A DNA stretch of 50,238 nt from Patescibacteria group bacterium (GCA_041660005.1 JBAZXG010000002.1:188037-238274), one strand, 5' to 3'; positions 25,226 through 36,890 are shown, counted from the stretch's first letter. Notes: generated by a model from the sequence alone, not told the origin. A program made the numbers and translations.

Positions 25226-25813
25226 ATGTTATTTAAACGTAAACACGTTCCAACCTGCCGTATTTACCCTCTCCAGTATCGCAAGATCTGGAAAAAACTG
25301 TTGACGTTTGAAGTGGGTGCCGGTGACAGCACTCGAAAAATATTGCGTCCGGTATTTGGCACGTTGTTTTCTGTCACGGGTATTTTTGTTCTCATCATCT
25401 TAACAACGCCCACTCAGGGTACGGTAAATTTCGTGGCGTTACTTGCACCGCTACTCGCTGTTTTTTTTGGACTCATCTTTTTTGTCATCATTTACGAATG
25501 GCTTTATCTTTGGACGTACTATTATGACTTTGATGATCACCTCGTACACATTCGCAAAGGCGTGATCATTCGACGTGAAATTTCCGTGCCCTATGACCGC
25601 ATTCAGGATATTTATTTTGACCAAGATCTCATGGATCACGTCTTCCATCTCTACGACCTTTATGTAGCCACCGCATCAAACACCTCATTTGATACCGCCC
25701 ATATTGACGGACTGAATCGGCACAATGGTCTTATCCTGCAAAATATGTTGTTTGAAAAGATGCGTGAAGCCCGGGGGGAGGAACCAAAAGCAGCAAATAC
25801 TTTAGGAAATTAA
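25226..25813 (+). CDS. Membrane protein with a bacterial PH (YdbS/YdbT-like) domain
   Basis: Two TM segments, then ...VHIRKGVIIRREISVPYDRIQDIYFDQDLMDHVFHLYDLYVATAS, the bPH_2 pattern. Confidence 0.65.
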   Translation: MLFKRKHVPTCRIYPLQYRKIWKKLLTFEVGAGDSTRKILRPVFGTLFSVTGIFVLIILTTPTQGTVNFVALLAPLLAVFFGLIFFVIIYEWLYLWTYYYDFDDHLVHIRKGVIIRREISVPYDRIQDIYFDQDLMDHVFHLYDLYVATASNTSFDTAHIDGLNRHNGLILQNMLFEKMREARGEEPKAANTLGN

Positions 25814-25984
25814 GGGCTTGACAACCTATTTTATACCTGGTACGTTACTTTCACTTTTAAACCAAACCTTCGGGCATGGTTTTTTATTGTTCAACTGGTA
25901 GCGCCGACAAATAAAGACGTTCGTACTCTCTTCTTTACCCCGAGAGGGGGTATTTTTTGTTTACTTTTTTAACGCTTGCGGTAC

Positions 25985-28900
25985 ATGGCCGATGCCAAAC
26001 GGATACGCTTCACGGTTGCCCATGAAGCGACGCCCCTTCCCGACCTAACCGCGATCCAGAAGCAGTCCTACGATTGGTTTCTTAAAGAAGGACTGCGCGA
26101 ACTTTTCGATGAGGTCAGCCCCATCGAGGATTTTACTGGTCGCGATTTGGAGCTCAGTTTTGTAGATTACTATCTCGACGAAGCCAAGTTCGACGAGGTA
26201 ACCAGTAAAGAAAAGAACGTTACCTATGAAGCGCCCTTGCGCGTTACGGCGAAGTTGACGAATCGCAGAACGGGTGAAGTACGCGAGCAAGAAATTTATC
26301 TCGGAGATTTTCCGCTTATGACACCGCGCGGTACGTTCGTGGTGAACGGTATCGAGCGTGTTGTTGTTTCACAGGTCATTCGTTCGGCCGGTGTGTTTTT
26401 TACGTCCGAATTTTCTCGCGGCCGTCGTTTGTATGGCGCAAAAGTTATTCCAAACCGTGGTGCTTGGCTGGAAATGGAGACCGACCAGTCGGGTGTCGTC
26501 TGGGTAAAAATTGATCGCAAGCGAAAAGTTGCGGTAACGGCTCTGTTGCGCTCTTTTGGCTATGGCACAGACGATCAGATTCGCCAGCTCTTTAAGGATG
26601 AAGCCATGCTGCCTTATCTAGAGGCAACTTTACAGAAAGATACGGCGTCCACCGAAGAAGAGGGTGTGCTAGAAGTCTACAAGCGTATTCGACCGGGGGA
26701 CTTGGCAACAACCGACAACGCCCGATCCCTCATTCATTCCATGTTCTTCCGTTTTGACCGCTACGATTTTGGTCGCGTTGGTCGACATAAGATGAATATG
26801 CGTTTTGGCGTTGATATTGCGAACACTAAAGAAAATCGCGTTCTGCGCCGCGAAGATTTGGTGCTTATAGCGAACGAGGTCATGCGTTTGAATGCCACAC
26901 AGGAAGAGGCAGACGACATTGACCACTTGGGGAACCGCCGCATCCGTGCCGTTGGTGAGCTCATTCAGAATCGATTCCGCGTCGGTATTTCTCGCATGGA
27001 GCGAATCATCAAAGATCGCATGAGCACTCTCGACGTCGCAGAGTTGAATCCTAATAAACTCATTAACGCCCGACCGGTCATTGGTGCATTGAAAGAATTT
27101 TTCATGTCGTCCCAGCTGTCACAGTTCATGGACCAGACCAACCCGCTGGCTGAGCTGGAGCACAAGCGCCGTCTCTCGGCCATGGGGCCGGGTGGTTTGT
27201 CGCGCGAACGTGCGGGCTTTGAAGTTCGCGATGTGCACCCGACGCACTACGGGCGCATTTGTCCTATTGCCACACCTGAAGGTCCGAACATTGGTTTAGT
27301 CGGCCACTTGGCGAGCTACGCCAGAGTTAACGAGTACGGGTTCATCGAAACACCGCTCCTGCGCGTTAAGCACGACGTTGTCAATGATTCCAAAGAAACG
27401 AAGGGTGAAATTTTACGCGAAGATATCACTGACCCGGCAACGGGTAAGGTCGTGGCTAAGGCAGGCAGTAGCATTGACGAAGCTTTGGCGAAAAAATTGG
27501 AAGGCATTGCCGACATAAAAAATATTCCGTTGAAACCACGCGTAACCAACGAGGTAGTTCATCTTGATGCCTTTACTGGTCAGCGTCACGTTACTACTGC
27601 TGCCACGACCCCCATTGACGAGAATGGGTACTTTACCGAAGAGCGCGCTGAAGTGCGCCGCCATGGTGAGCCGTCGGTCGATGAAGTAGCCACTATTGAT
27701 TATATGGATGTGGCGCCAAACCAAATTGTCAGTATCGGAACTTCTCTCATTCCTTTCTTGGAACACGACGACGCTATTCGCGCCCTCATGGGTACGAACA
27801 TGCAACGTCAGGCGGTTTCTTTGGTGAATCCTGTTGCACCGATTGTCGGTACCGGCATTGAGGCGCGAGCTGCGCGAGACTCTGGACACGTGGTTATTGC
27901 TGATGAAGAAGGAGAAATCGTAGAACTGGACGGGCAGCACATTGTTCTCCTTTCAAAGAGTGGCAAGCGCTACGTTTATGAACTTTCAAAGTTTGTTCGA
28001 TCAAACGCCTCAACCTGTTTGAACCAGCGGCCAATTGTTACGCTTGGACAAAAAGTTAAGAAGGGTGACGTCTTGGCGGATGGTCCCTCCACCGAGGGCG
28101 GCGAGCTGGCGCTCGGTCGCAATATTACGGTTGCTTTCATGTGTTGGGAAGGTTACAACTACGAGGACGCCATCATTATTTCTGATCGGTTAGTTCGTGA
28201 TGACGTTTACAGTTCTATTCATATTGAGGACTACACCGTTGATGTGCGCGAGACCAAGCTTGGCGCTGAGTTAATTACTTCTGACATCCCGAACATTGGC
28301 GAAGAGAAATTGAAAGATCTTGACGAAGAGGGTGTGGTGCGCATTGGTGCGGAGGTTTCTTCAGGAGATATTCTCGTGGGTAAGATTACGCCAAAAGGGG
28401 AGACCGAACTCTCTGCTGAAGAAAAATTGCTGCGCGCTATTTTCGGAGAAAAGGCCAAAGACGTTCGTGACACTTCGCTCTACCTTGAGCATGGCGAGCA
28501 CGGCAAAGTTGTTGACGTCAAAGTATTTTCACGTGATGCTGGCGACCGTTTGCCCGCAGGTGTTATTAAATCGGTACAGGTCAAAGTAGCCAACCTCAGA
28601 AAAATTCAGGTGGGAGATAAAATGGCGGGTCGGCATGGTAACAAAGGTGTCGTTTCGAAAGTGGTACCAACCGAAGACATGCCGTTCCTTGAAGACGGTA
28701 CGCCGGTCGACATCATTCTTTCAGCTTTGGGTGTCGTCTCTCGTATGAACCTCGGACAGATTCTGGAAACACATCTCGGCATTGCCGCTGATCGTTTAGG
28801 ATACAAAGTTGCTTCACCTGCACTTGATGGTGTATCGAGCGACAAGATTGCCGACGAGCTTGAGCGAGCAGGACTTCCTCGCGACGGAAAAATGGTGCTC

Positions 28901-29350
28901 TACAATGGGCGTAACGGCGAGGCCTTCACGAATCGCGTGACCGTCGGCGTTGTGTACATGCTGAAGCTGAATCACATGGTGGAAGACAAGATTCACCAGC
29001 GCTCCATCGGTCCGTACTCGCTTATTACACAGCAGCCGTTGGGTGGTAAGGCACAATTCGGCGGTCAGCGCTTTGGAGAAATGGAAGTGTGGGCGCTCGA
29101 AGGTTATGGTGCGGCTCATACGTTGCAGGAGATATTAACCATCAAGTCTGACGACGTACCCGGTCGGTCTAAAGCGTATGAAGCCATCATCAAGGGTGAA
29201 GAAATTCAAAAGATGAGCGTCCCAGAATCTTTCAACGTACTCATTCGTGAGCTCAAGGGGCTTTGTCTTGACGTCGAACTCTTGGACGTCAATGGGAAGG
29301 TTTTACATGAGCCAACGTCTGGCGGTACACCTGCTCCTGTTACAGCTTAA
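25985..29350 (+). CDS. rpoB: DNA-directed RNA polymerase subunit beta
   Basis: GDKMAGRHGNKGVVSK, QRFGEMEVWALE and other motifs. ATG 25985 is preferred over TTG 25976. Confidence 0.97.
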   Translation: MADAKRIRFTVAHEATPLPDLTAIQKQSYDWFLKEGLRELFDEVSPIEDFTGRDLELSFVDYYLDEAKFDEVTSKEKNVTYEAPLRVTAKLTNRRTGEVREQEIYLGDFPLMTPRGTFVVNGIERVVVSQVIRSAGVFFTSEFSRGRRLYGAKVIPNRGAWLEMETDQSGVVWVKIDRKRKVAVTALLRSFGYGTDDQIRQLFKDEAMLPYLEATLQKDTASTEEEGVLEVYKRIRPGDLATTDNARSLIHSMFFRFDRYDFGRVGRHKMNMRFGVDIANTKENRVLRREDLVLIANEVMRLNATQEEADDIDHLGNRRIRAVGELIQNRFRVGISRMERIIKDRMSTLDVAELNPNKLINARPVIGALKEFFMSSQLSQFMDQTNPLAELEHKRRLSAMGPGGLSRERAGFEVRDVHPTHYGRICPIATPEGPNIGLVGHLASYARVNEYGFIETPLLRVKHDVVNDSKETKGEILREDITDPATGKVVAKAGSSIDEALAKKLEGIADIKNIPLKPRVTNEVVHLDAFTGQRHVTTAATTPIDENGYFTEERAEVRRHGEPSVDEVATIDYMDVAPNQIVSIGTSLIPFLEHDDAIRALMGTNMQRQAVSLVNPVAPIVGTGIEARAARDSGHVVIADEEGEIVELDGQHIVLLSKSGKRYVYELSKFVRSNASTCLNQRPIVTLGQKVKKGDVLADGPSTEGGELALGRNITVAFMCWEGYNYEDAIIISDRLVRDDVYSSIHIEDYTVDVRETKLGAELITSDIPNIGEEKLKDLDEEGVVRIGAEVSSGDILVGKITPKGETELSAEEKLLRAIFGEKAKDVRDTSLYLEHGEHGKVVDVKVFSRDAGDRLPAGVIKSVQVKVANLRKIQVGDKMAGRHGNKGVVSKVVPTEDMPFLEDGTPVDIILSALGVVSRMNLGQILETHLGIAADRLGYKVASPALDGVSSDKIADELERAGLPRDGKMVLYNGRNGEAFTNRVTVGVVYMLKLNHMVEDKIHQRSIGPYSLITQQPLGGKAQFGGQRFGEMEVWALEGYGAAHTLQEILTIKSDDVPGRSKAYEAIIKGEEIQKMSVPESFNVLIRELKGLCLDVELLDVNGKVLHEPTSGGTPAPVTA

Positions 29351-29359
29351 CGCGCATAT

Positions 29360-32300
29360 ATGTTTATAGAGCCATCACCAACCGCCGACTTTACCGCCAT
29401 TCGTTTGAAATTGGCCTCACCTGAGGCAATCCGCCGGTGGTCATTTGGCGAGGTAACGAAGCCGGAAACCGTTAACTACCGAACACAGAAACCGGAAAAA
29501 GAAGGTCTCTTTTCGGAACGCATCTTTGGTCCTTCTAAGGATTGGGAGTGTTACTGTGGCAAGTATAAAAAAATTCGCTACAAGGGAATCGTCTGCGATA
29601 AATGCGGTGTTGAAGTAACACGCGCAGTGGTTCGTCGTGAACGTATGGCGCACATTGATCTTAAGGCGCCCGTTTCGCACATTTGGTTCCTACGCGGCGT
29701 TCCTTCGAAGATTGGCCTTCTGCTCGACTTGTCCATGCAGAATTTAGAGAAAGTTATTTACTTCGCGAACTTTATTATTACTGAAGTTGACGAAGAGTTG
29801 AAAGACGCAACCCTAGAACAGGTAAAGCAAGAGTATCAGTCGAAGCGAAAAATGATCGAGTCAGATTACCAGCGCGCTTTGCAAGAACTACAAGGCGGCG
29901 AGGGCGCTGTTGATAAAAAAGAAGCCGTGGTCAAGGTACGCGACGAACGGTTCATGGAGCTTGAAGAGGTATTCGCCGTTGCCGAACGGGAACTCAAAGA
30001 CATTAAGCCGTTGAAGATTATTTCTGAGAGTACCTACCACGATCTTTCTCTTAAGTATGGACACGTATTTACGGCCAGCATTGGCGCCGAGGCAGTATAC
30101 GGATTATTGCAGAAGCTTGATCTAGAACAGCTATTGAAACAGATGCTCGGTGAAAACGTGGACGCGGTCGGCGCTCGCGCTGAAAAATTAACGCGCCGTC
30201 TGAAATTGGTAAAGAGTTTCTTGCACAACCACTTGAAACCCGAATGGATGATTATTACGGTACTACCTGTCATTCCTCCGGATTTGCGACCAATGGTGCC
30301 GCTTGATGGTGGCCGTTTTGCTACCTCGGACTTGAACGATCTTTACCGCCGCGTCATCAACCGTAACAATCGTTTGAAGCAGCTTATAGAGTTGAACGCT
30401 CCTGAAGTCATCACCCGAAACGAGAAGCGCATGTTGCAAGAAGCGGTTGACGCACTCATTGATAACTCTGCACGCCACGGTAAGACGGTCATGGCAGCGA
30501 CTGGCCAGAAGCGCAGTTTGAAGTCGCTCGCCGACATGCTGAAAGGGAAGCAGGGTCGTTTCCGTCAAAACCTGCTCGGTAAGCGCATTGACTACTCAGG
30601 ACGTTCGGTCATTGTCGTTGGTCCGACCTTGAAAATGCACCAGTGCGGTTTGCCAAAGCGTATGGCGCTTGAGCTCTTCCGACCGTTTGTCATTAGTAAA
30701 CTTATTGCCAGAGAGTACGTGCACAATGTTCGTTCCGCCAACCGCTATATCGAAACGGGTCGAGCCGAAGTGTGGGACATTCTCGCTGAAATTGTTGCAG
30801 AAGCACATGTACTTTTGAACCGCGCACCAACGCTCCATCGTCTCGGTATTCAAGCATTCCGTCCGGTGCTGGTTGAAGGTAAGGCCATTCAGTTACACCC
30901 GCTCGTCTGTCCTGCCTTTAACGCAGACTTTGACGGCGACCAGATGGCTGTTCACGTACCGCTCACCAAAGAAGCGCGACGTGAGGCAGAGGAACTCATG
31001 CTGGCGAGCAAAAACCTACTGAAGCCCGCGCATGGTGAACCGGTGGCGAGTCCTAACCAAGACATCGTTTGGGGTATTCATTACCTCACGGGTGCCGATG
31101 AAAAGGTTAAAGACGCAAAGCTGCATTCGTTCAGTGGTGCTACTGAAGCCATTACTGCCTATGACTTGAAAGCAGTAACACTCCGCGAGTTGGTCATGGT
31201 ACGCGTTGAAGATAGAAGTATTATTGAAACGACGGTTGGGCGACTACTCTTCAATGAAGTCGTTCCTGACAGCGTCAGCTACCTCAACGAACAAATGGAC
31301 AAGCGCCGACTGAACCAGTTAGTGAAACAAGTTCTCGAGCTTGAGGGCGTGACGCGAACCGCCGAATTCCTCGATGGTCTTAAAGAGCTCGGTTTCCAAT
31401 ATCTGACGACATCAGGGTTGTCTTGGAGCATGGGAGATATCCCGGCCTTGCCACAGAAGGGACCCATCATTAAGGAAACTCAGTTGCAAATTGATGAAGT
31501 CGAAGAACAGTTTGCCGATGGACTACTTACGAACGACGAACGACACAGTCAAATCGTACAGCTTTGGACGAGCGCCAAGGATCGCGTTGTGGCGTTATCA
31601 AAAGGAATGTTCCCCAAAGATAGCCCTATCTTTACTATGGTGGAATCAGGGGCACGTGGTTCGTGGGGGCAGCTGACGCAGATCGTCGGTATGAAAGGAC
31701 TCGTGACGAACCCTGCTGGAGATATTATTGAACTTCCAGTGACGGGTAACTTTAGAGATGGCTTTGATGTTTTGGAATACTTTATTTCCACGCACGGCGC
31801 CCGTAAAGGTTTGTCTGATACAGCGTTGCGTACGGCAAACGCTGGCTACTTAACACGTCGTCTCGTTGACGTGGCGCAGGATGTGATTATCCAATCTGCG
31901 GATTGTGGTGACTTGGAAGGGCTCGTCATTACTCGAAAAGACGCTGAAGATGCTGCACAGACTCTCGAAGAAAAAGTTGTCGGTCGTACCTGTCTCGAGA
32001 AGGTGATGAAGCCAGGAACAAGAAAAGTGCTGGTTAAGGAAGGCGACATCATTAGTTCACTGCAAGCCGCCGCCATTAAAGAAGAGAAAGTCTCCGAGGT
32101 GCGCATTGCGAGTATCCTGAGCTGCAAGATTATACGCGGTGTCTGTAGTAAGTGTTACGGTCTTGATCTTGGCTACAACCGTCCGGTTGACCTTGGTACT
32201 GCGGTCGGTATTATTGCGGCTGAATCAATTGGTGAACCAGGCACACAGTTGACCATGCGTACCTTCCACACGGGTGGTGTTGCCGGGGAAGATATTACGC

Positions 32301-33076
32301 AAGGTCTGCCACGTGTTGAAGAGCTTTTTGAAGTTCGCCCGCCGAAGCGAAAAGCATTCTTGGCGGATGTTCCGGGCGTCGTTTCCATAACTCAGGCGGC
32401 GCGCACCGAGGGCAGTAGTGCGCCACGCGGCCAACGGCTGCTGAAAATTGTCAGCGACAAGCCGGTTGACGGAGCAAGCGAAGAAGATGCGAACATTCGA
32501 GAGTTCACTATTCCACCGGGGTATGCGTTGCTCGTCAAAGATGGAGATACGGTTGTTGTTGGTCAGCAGTTGACCGACGGGAGTCTTGATCTGCAGCAGC
32601 TCTTCCGTTTGCGTGGCCGGTTGGAAACGCAGCGCTACATCATGAAAGATATTCAGTACATTTATTCTTCGCAGGGTCAAAAGTTGAATGATAAGCATGT
32701 TGAAGTTATTGCTCGTCAGCTTTTCTCTCGTGTGTATGTGCGCGATTCTGGTGAGTCAGATTTGTTGCCTGGAGAAATTGTGGAGAAGTCACAGGTAGAA
32801 GAAGCAAACGCTTCCGGTCCTGCCTCACCCGTTCTTTACGACGAACTTTTGCTTGGTATGACCAAAGCCGCACTCTCAACCAAGAGCTTCTTGGCGGCGG
32901 CCTCCTTCCAAGAGACGGCGCGCGTACTTATTAATGCCGCCACCTCAGGCCGTGTTGATATGCTGGATGGTCTCAAAGAAAATGTACTTATTGGTCGTCT
33001 TATTCCGGCCGGTACTGGGTTTAACCCAAGGTTAGTTAAAGGTGACGTCACTCCCCCGAAGCCTGCGGTAGAATAG
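29360..33076 (+). CDS. rpoC: DNA-directed RNA polymerase subunit beta'
   Basis: Zn-finger [23 protein letters not shown], catalytic [14 protein letters not shown], and a trigger-loop region. Confidence 0.97.
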   Translation: MFIEPSPTADFTAIRLKLASPEAIRRWSFGEVTKPETVNYRTQKPEKEGLFSERIFGPSKDWECYCGKYKKIRYKGIVCDKCGVEVTRAVVRRERMAHIDLKAPVSHIWFLRGVPSKIGLLLDLSMQNLEKVIYFANFIITEVDEELKDATLEQVKQEYQSKRKMIESDYQRALQELQGGEGAVDKKEAVVKVRDERFMELEEVFAVAERELKDIKPLKIISESTYHDLSLKYGHVFTASIGAEAVYGLLQKLDLEQLLKQMLGENVDAVGARAEKLTRRLKLVKSFLHNHLKPEWMIITVLPVIPPDLRPMVPLDGGRFATSDLNDLYRRVINRNNRLKQLIELNAPEVITRNEKRMLQEAVDALIDNSARHGKTVMAATGQKRSLKSLADMLKGKQGRFRQNLLGKRIDYSGRSVIVVGPTLKMHQCGLPKRMALELFRPFVISKLIAREYVHNVRSANRYIETGRAEVWDILAEIVAEAHVLLNRAPTLHRLGIQAFRPVLVEGKAIQLHPLVCPAFNADFDGDQMAVHVPLTKEARREAEELMLASKNLLKPAHGEPVASPNQDIVWGIHYLTGADEKVKDAKLHSFSGATEAITAYDLKAVTLRELVMVRVEDRSIIETTVGRLLFNEVVPDSVSYLNEQMDKRRLNQLVKQVLELEGVTRTAEFLDGLKELGFQYLTTSGLSWSMGDIPALPQKGPIIKETQLQIDEVEEQFADGLLTNDERHSQIVQLWTSAKDRVVALSKGMFPKDSPIFTMVESGARGSWGQLTQIVGMKGLVTNPAGDIIELPVTGNFRDGFDVLEYFISTHGARKGLSDTALRTANAGYLTRRLVDVAQDVIIQSADCGDLEGLVITRKDAEDAAQTLEEKVVGRTCLEKVMKPGTRKVLVKEGDIISSLQAAAIKEEKVSEVRIASILSCKIIRGVCSKCYGLDLGYNRPVDLGTAVGIIAAESIGEPGTQLTMRTFHTGGVAGEDITQGLPRVEELFEVRPPKRKAFLADVPGVVSITQAARTEGSSAPRGQRLLKIVSDKPVDGASEEDANIREFTIPPGYALLVKDGDTVVVGQQLTDGSLDLQQLFRLRGRLETQRYIMKDIQYIYSSQGQKLNDKHVEVIARQLFSRVYVRDSGESDLLPGEIVEKSQVEEANASGPASPVLYDELLLGMTKAALSTKSFLAAASFQETARVLINAATSGRVDMLDGLKENVLIGRLIPAGTGFNPRLVKGDVTPPKPAVE

Positions 33077-33081
33077 TTTTG

Positions 33082-33111
33082 TTGGTATTTGGTCGGGCAT
33101 CGTGGTATAAT
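33082..33111 (+). promoter_or_regulatory. Extended -10 promoter giving a (near-)leaderless mRNA for 33121-33930
   Basis: TTGGTA (33082-33087), 18-nt spacer, TGgTATAAT (33103-33111). The ATG at 33121 is only 9 nt past the -10 and no SD is present. Confidence 0.45.
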
Positions 33112-33120
33112 ATAAATACT

Positions 33121-33930
33121 ATGGATGGCAAAAAAATACTCATTGTCGAGGACAACGAAACCCTACTGAAGGCGTTGGAAAAAAAACTGCTCTCCTATGG
33201 TTATGAAGTACTCTTGGCTCGTGATGGCGCCGAAGGGTTAACGGCTATTCAAAACAGTAAACCCGATGTCGTGCTTTTGGATATTCTTATGCCCAATGTT
33301 GACGGTTTCACGGTTCTGGAGAAGTTGCACAATGACAACGTCATACCCGCCCTTCCTATCATTATTGTTTCCAATTCAGGGCAGCCGGTAGAAATTGACC
33401 GCGCTATTAAATTGGGCGCGCGTGATTATCTTGTTAAAGCAGAATTTGACCCAGAAGAGGTGGTTGAAAAAGTGCGCAAGGTGCTTGGTCAACCGTCACT
33501 CATGCACAGTGCGAGCACGAACAACGTCGACACGCCGGTGGTCATTCCTTCAAAAGATAGTAAACGGATACTCGTTGTTGAGGATGATCAATTTTTGCGC
33601 GACCTCTTGCAACGTAAACTGAAGGCCGAAGGATTTTTGGTTGAAACCGCTATTGAGGGAGAGGGTGCACTAGAGATAACAAAAAAGACGAAGCCCGATT
33701 TGATTTTACTGGATATCATTTTACCCGGTATTGACGGCTTCACTATTTTAGAGCGCTTAAAACAAGATCCAGATCTTGCCATGATACCGGTTATTTTGTT
33801 AACCAACCTTGGTCAGCGCGATGACGTTGATAAAGGGTTGAAACTGGGCGCGGTTGGTTATTTGGTGAAGGCACACTTTACGCCAGGCGACATTGTCGAA
33901 AAAGTTCGCAGCACGTTGAAAATGACCTAG
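33121..33930 (+). CDS. Orphan response regulator with two tandem REC domains
   Basis: KILIVEDN...DVVLLDILMPNVDG...DYLVK and RILVVEDD...DLILLDIILPGIDG...GYLVK. No output domain. Confidence 0.85.
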   Translation: MDGKKILIVEDNETLLKALEKKLLSYGYEVLLARDGAEGLTAIQNSKPDVVLLDILMPNVDGFTVLEKLHNDNVIPALPIIIVSNSGQPVEIDRAIKLGARDYLVKAEFDPEEVVEKVRKVLGQPSLMHSASTNNVDTPVVIPSKDSKRILVVEDDQFLRDLLQRKLKAEGFLVETAIEGEGALEITKKTKPDLILLDIILPGIDGFTILERLKQDPDLAMIPVILLTNLGQRDDVDKGLKLGAVGYLVKAHFTPGDIVEKVRSTLKMT

Positions 33931-33931
33931 T

Positions 33932-34168
33932 ATGCAGCAGGTGACAATTTATACCACGACAACCTGCCCTTTTTGCAAAATGGCCAAAGACTTCTTTACT
34001 GCGTCTGGCGTTCAGTTTACCGAGAAAGACGTCACCTCTGATCCTTTAGTGCAGCAAGAGATGATTGCTAAATCAGGTCAAATGGCGGTGCCGGTGATTG
34101 ATGTGGACGGTACGGTTGTTGTCGGTTTCAACGAAACAAAATTGCGTGAGCTCTTGTCTGCTCGTTAA
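33932..34168 (+). CDS. Glutaredoxin-like protein (NrdH/YruB type)
   Basis: 78 aa with VTIYTTTTCPFCKMAK...VPVI..DG..VVGF (CPFC redox motif). Confidence 0.85.
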   Translation: MQQVTIYTTTTCPFCKMAKDFFTASGVQFTEKDVTSDPLVQQEMIAKSGQMAVPVIDVDGTVVVGFNETKLRELLSAR

Positions 34169-34194
34169 GGTTACTCTTCGTTTTTGTTAAACAA

Positions 34195-34219
34195 CAAAAG
34201 GGTATAGCCCTTTTGTTTT
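34195..34219 (+). terminator. Intrinsic terminator
   Basis: caaaaggg tatag cccttttg followed by TTTT. Confidence 0.7.
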
Positions 34220-34233
34220 CATAAGCCACTCAT

Positions 34234-35766
34234 ATGCAAGTACGTGCAGAAAAAGCTAATGCCACAACCGTTGCCGCAGACGTCTTAGTTATTGGCGTCT
34301 TTGAGGGAGAAAAAAAACTCCACGACGCTGGAGCAGTTATTGACCGGGCCCTTGGCGGAGCGTTTAGCATGTACCTTCAAGAACATGGGTTCGAAGGAAA
34401 AAAACATGAGACCGTCATTATGCCGACTTACGGTAAGGTTGCTGCAAAACGGGTGCTCATTCTCGGACTTGGTAAACTAAAAGCATTTACTCCCGCGGTG
34501 TTAAGAGAAGCCGCAGCTTTTGCTGTCCGTCGTTGTGGCGCAGAACGTGCAAAACGCATTGCGGTTTGTCCTATACCAGCTACGAGCAGATCGACAAAGC
34601 AACTGCGTGATAATGTGGTAGTTTTTACGGAGGGCGTACTACTCGGATCCTATGCCTTCAGTCGTTATCATGGCAAAGAGCTCTTAGAAGAGCACGCCAA
34701 ACAACGCGCTGAGGAAGTTATCATGCTCTACGAAAACGCTCGTGACGTATCCATTGCCAAAGCCGCTATTGAAGAGGGTCAGTTATTGGCGGAAATGACG
34801 ATGACCACAAGAGATCTTGTTAATACGCCAGCAGCGGATATGACGCCGGAACATATGGTGGCTATTGCAAAAAAAATTGCCAAAAATCAGCCCCTTGTTG
34901 ATTTGGAAATTTTTGACGCCGCAGCAGCTCGAAAATTAGGCATGGGTGCTTTTCTCGGTGTAGCGAAAGGATCTGACGAACCCCCTTATTTCATTCATTT
35001 AACGTATCGTCCTCGCGGTGCCAAGAAAGTTAAGAAAGTATTCTTGGCTGGTAAAGGGATTACTTTTGACACCGGCGGCATCAGTCTGAAACCTGCGGCT
35101 GCCCTAGAGCAGTGGACGATGAAGATGGATATGGCTGGGGGTGCAATTATTTTAGGATTATTTTCTCGCATTGCGGCGTTAGGGTTAAAAAATGTTGAAG
35201 TCCATGGACTCATTCCGTGCACTGAGAATATGCCGTCAGGAAAAGCGATGAAGCCGCATGATATTGTCCGCGCCATGAACGGTAAGACCATTGAGGTTGT
35301 GAACACCGATGCCGAGGGTCGTCTGGTGCTTGCCGACGCCTTGTCTTTTGCCGTTGAAAAAAAGGCTGACGCAATTATTGACTTAGCAACACTAACCGGA
35401 GCTTGCATGGTTGCATTGGGGGATGAAATCGCGGGTTCTTTTGGTAATGATAAAAAGTTGCTCAGTCGCATTAAGAAAGCCGCTGACCTTTCGGACGAAG
35501 CGGTATGGGAATTGCCGCTCTCAGAGTCGTATCGTCCGCTACTAAAGAGTCGTATTGCTGACCTCAGAAATATTGGAACCAGCCGCTACGGCGATTCTAT
35601 TGTTGCCGGCCTCTTCTTGAAGGAATTTGTTGGCACAACTCCTTGGGTGCATCTTGATATCGCTGGACCAGCTTGGGCAGAGCGTGAAATGAAACCATCG
35701 ATGCCTCACGGTGCCACTGGTTTTGGTGTTCGATTGTTGGTGCAATTACTGCGAGATTTCTCTTAA
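34234..35766 (+). CDS. pepA: Leucyl aminopeptidase (M17)
   Basis: GKGITFDTGGISLKP, NTDAEGRLVLADAL and LATLTGA motifs. Confidence 0.92.
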   Translation: MQVRAEKANATTVAADVLVIGVFEGEKKLHDAGAVIDRALGGAFSMYLQEHGFEGKKHETVIMPTYGKVAAKRVLILGLGKLKAFTPAVLREAAAFAVRRCGAERAKRIAVCPIPATSRSTKQLRDNVVVFTEGVLLGSYAFSRYHGKELLEEHAKQRAEEVIMLYENARDVSIAKAAIEEGQLLAEMTMTTRDLVNTPAADMTPEHMVAIAKKIAKNQPLVDLEIFDAAAARKLGMGAFLGVAKGSDEPPYFIHLTYRPRGAKKVKKVFLAGKGITFDTGGISLKPAAALEQWTMKMDMAGGAIILGLFSRIAALGLKNVEVHGLIPCTENMPSGKAMKPHDIVRAMNGKTIEVVNTDAEGRLVLADALSFAVEKKADAIIDLATLTGACMVALGDEIAGSFGNDKKLLSRIKKAADLSDEAVWELPLSESYRPLLKSRIADLRNIGTSRYGDSIVAGLFLKEFVGTTPWVHLDIAGPAWAEREMKPSMPHGATGFGVRLLVQLLRDFS

Positions 35767-35844
35767 TAAATCGCTATCGTTTTCGTTAGGGGATTACGTT
35801 CGCTTATCACCACTTTTCAAGGGAAATTAGCCCCTGAATACCCC

Positions 35845-35872
35845 TTGACATCCTGTGGGTCTCGGGTATAAT
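35845..35872 (+). promoter_or_regulatory. Near-consensus sigma-70 promoter upstream of the 23S-5S operon
   Basis: TTGACA (35845-35850), 16-nt spacer, TATAAT (35867-35872). Confidence 0.65.
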
Positions 35873-35878
35873 AACTGC

Positions 35879-35993
35879 CACAGAAATCTACAGGTAACAA
35901 CCCATGCGCGACACCATATATACCTCTCAAAAGTTGGACGGCTAACAACACGCCATTCGTTGCTGTTGTCGCGCCGCCCACGGGCGGTTTTTT
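35879..35993 (+). ncRNA. Candidate ~115-nt short transcript or rRNA-operon leader, bounded by promoter and terminator
   Basis: It starts about 7 nt after the TATAAT and ends at the hairpin ccgcc-cacg-ggcgg (35974-35987) plus TTTTTT (35988-35993). No family is recognised. Confidence 0.3.
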
Positions 35994-36890
35994 CGTCCCC
36001 GCAGTATTCTTTTCAACTTTTTTCGCTGGTTGTTTTCAGAGTGGCGTTTCTTAACCTAGGTAAGAACCGCCCCTCTGGATGTAACGGCACGCAACTTAAC
36101 AAGTTCATAACATGAGCAAGCAAACATGAAGAAGAAGCATCATGTAACCTACATCTTGCAATGTAAGTAAAACTCGATGCTGACCAACGTCAGTACCGAG
36201 GCAAATAAGGGTAGACGGTGGATGCCTTGACACTAAAAGACGATGAAGGACGTGGCTACCGACGAAACGCTTCGGGGAGGTGGTGAGCAACCTTTGATCC
36301 GAGGATGTCCGAATGGGGAAACCCAGTTCGAGTAATATCGAATTATTGTGCGCTGAATACATAGGCGTATGAAGTTAACCCGGGGAACTGAAACATCTTA
36401 GTACCCGGTGGAAAAGAAAATAATTGCGAACTATTTTTTAGCTTTCAGCTTGCGGTTATCAGTGGTTGACCATACGACTTCGGTCGCGGTTGTGCTGCTG
36501 GTAGTTGCTTGCTGATAGCTACGAATACGTTCGTGCATTCCCTCAGTAGCGGCGAGCGAAAGGGGAATAGCCCAAACCTTAGCAGGTTGTGTGAAAGTGA
36601 CTGCCCCGCAAGGGGTGGAAATTTAAACGTAAAGGCTGCAGGGCCAATGCCCGCTAAGGGGTAGTAAAAGAGTAACGTCAGTGTTCCTGTATTGCACTGG
36701 GTAGCGGAATCAGCACACGCTGTATAATTTTTAGGAGAAGGTCCCTGGAATGGGCCACCAGAGAAGGTGATAGTCCTGTACTCGAAAAAAATTATAACGC
36801 TACGGTTATTTATTTTGAGTACCACGAGACTCGAGAAATCTTGTGGGAAACAGGGTCGACTACGATCCAAGGCTAAATACTTTTAGTGAT

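Noticed and set aside
25976-33076. Numerous antisense or out-of-frame ORFs within rpoB/rpoC. The same applies within ileS, uvrB, uvrC, pepA, the MTase and hsdR-like genes.
   Set aside because: They are shadow ORFs of long, strongly supported genes. None has a recognisable motif or translation signals.
35855-36115. 86-aa ORF between pepA and the 23S.
   Set aside because: It starts inside the promoter, runs through the terminator hairpin, and has no SD.
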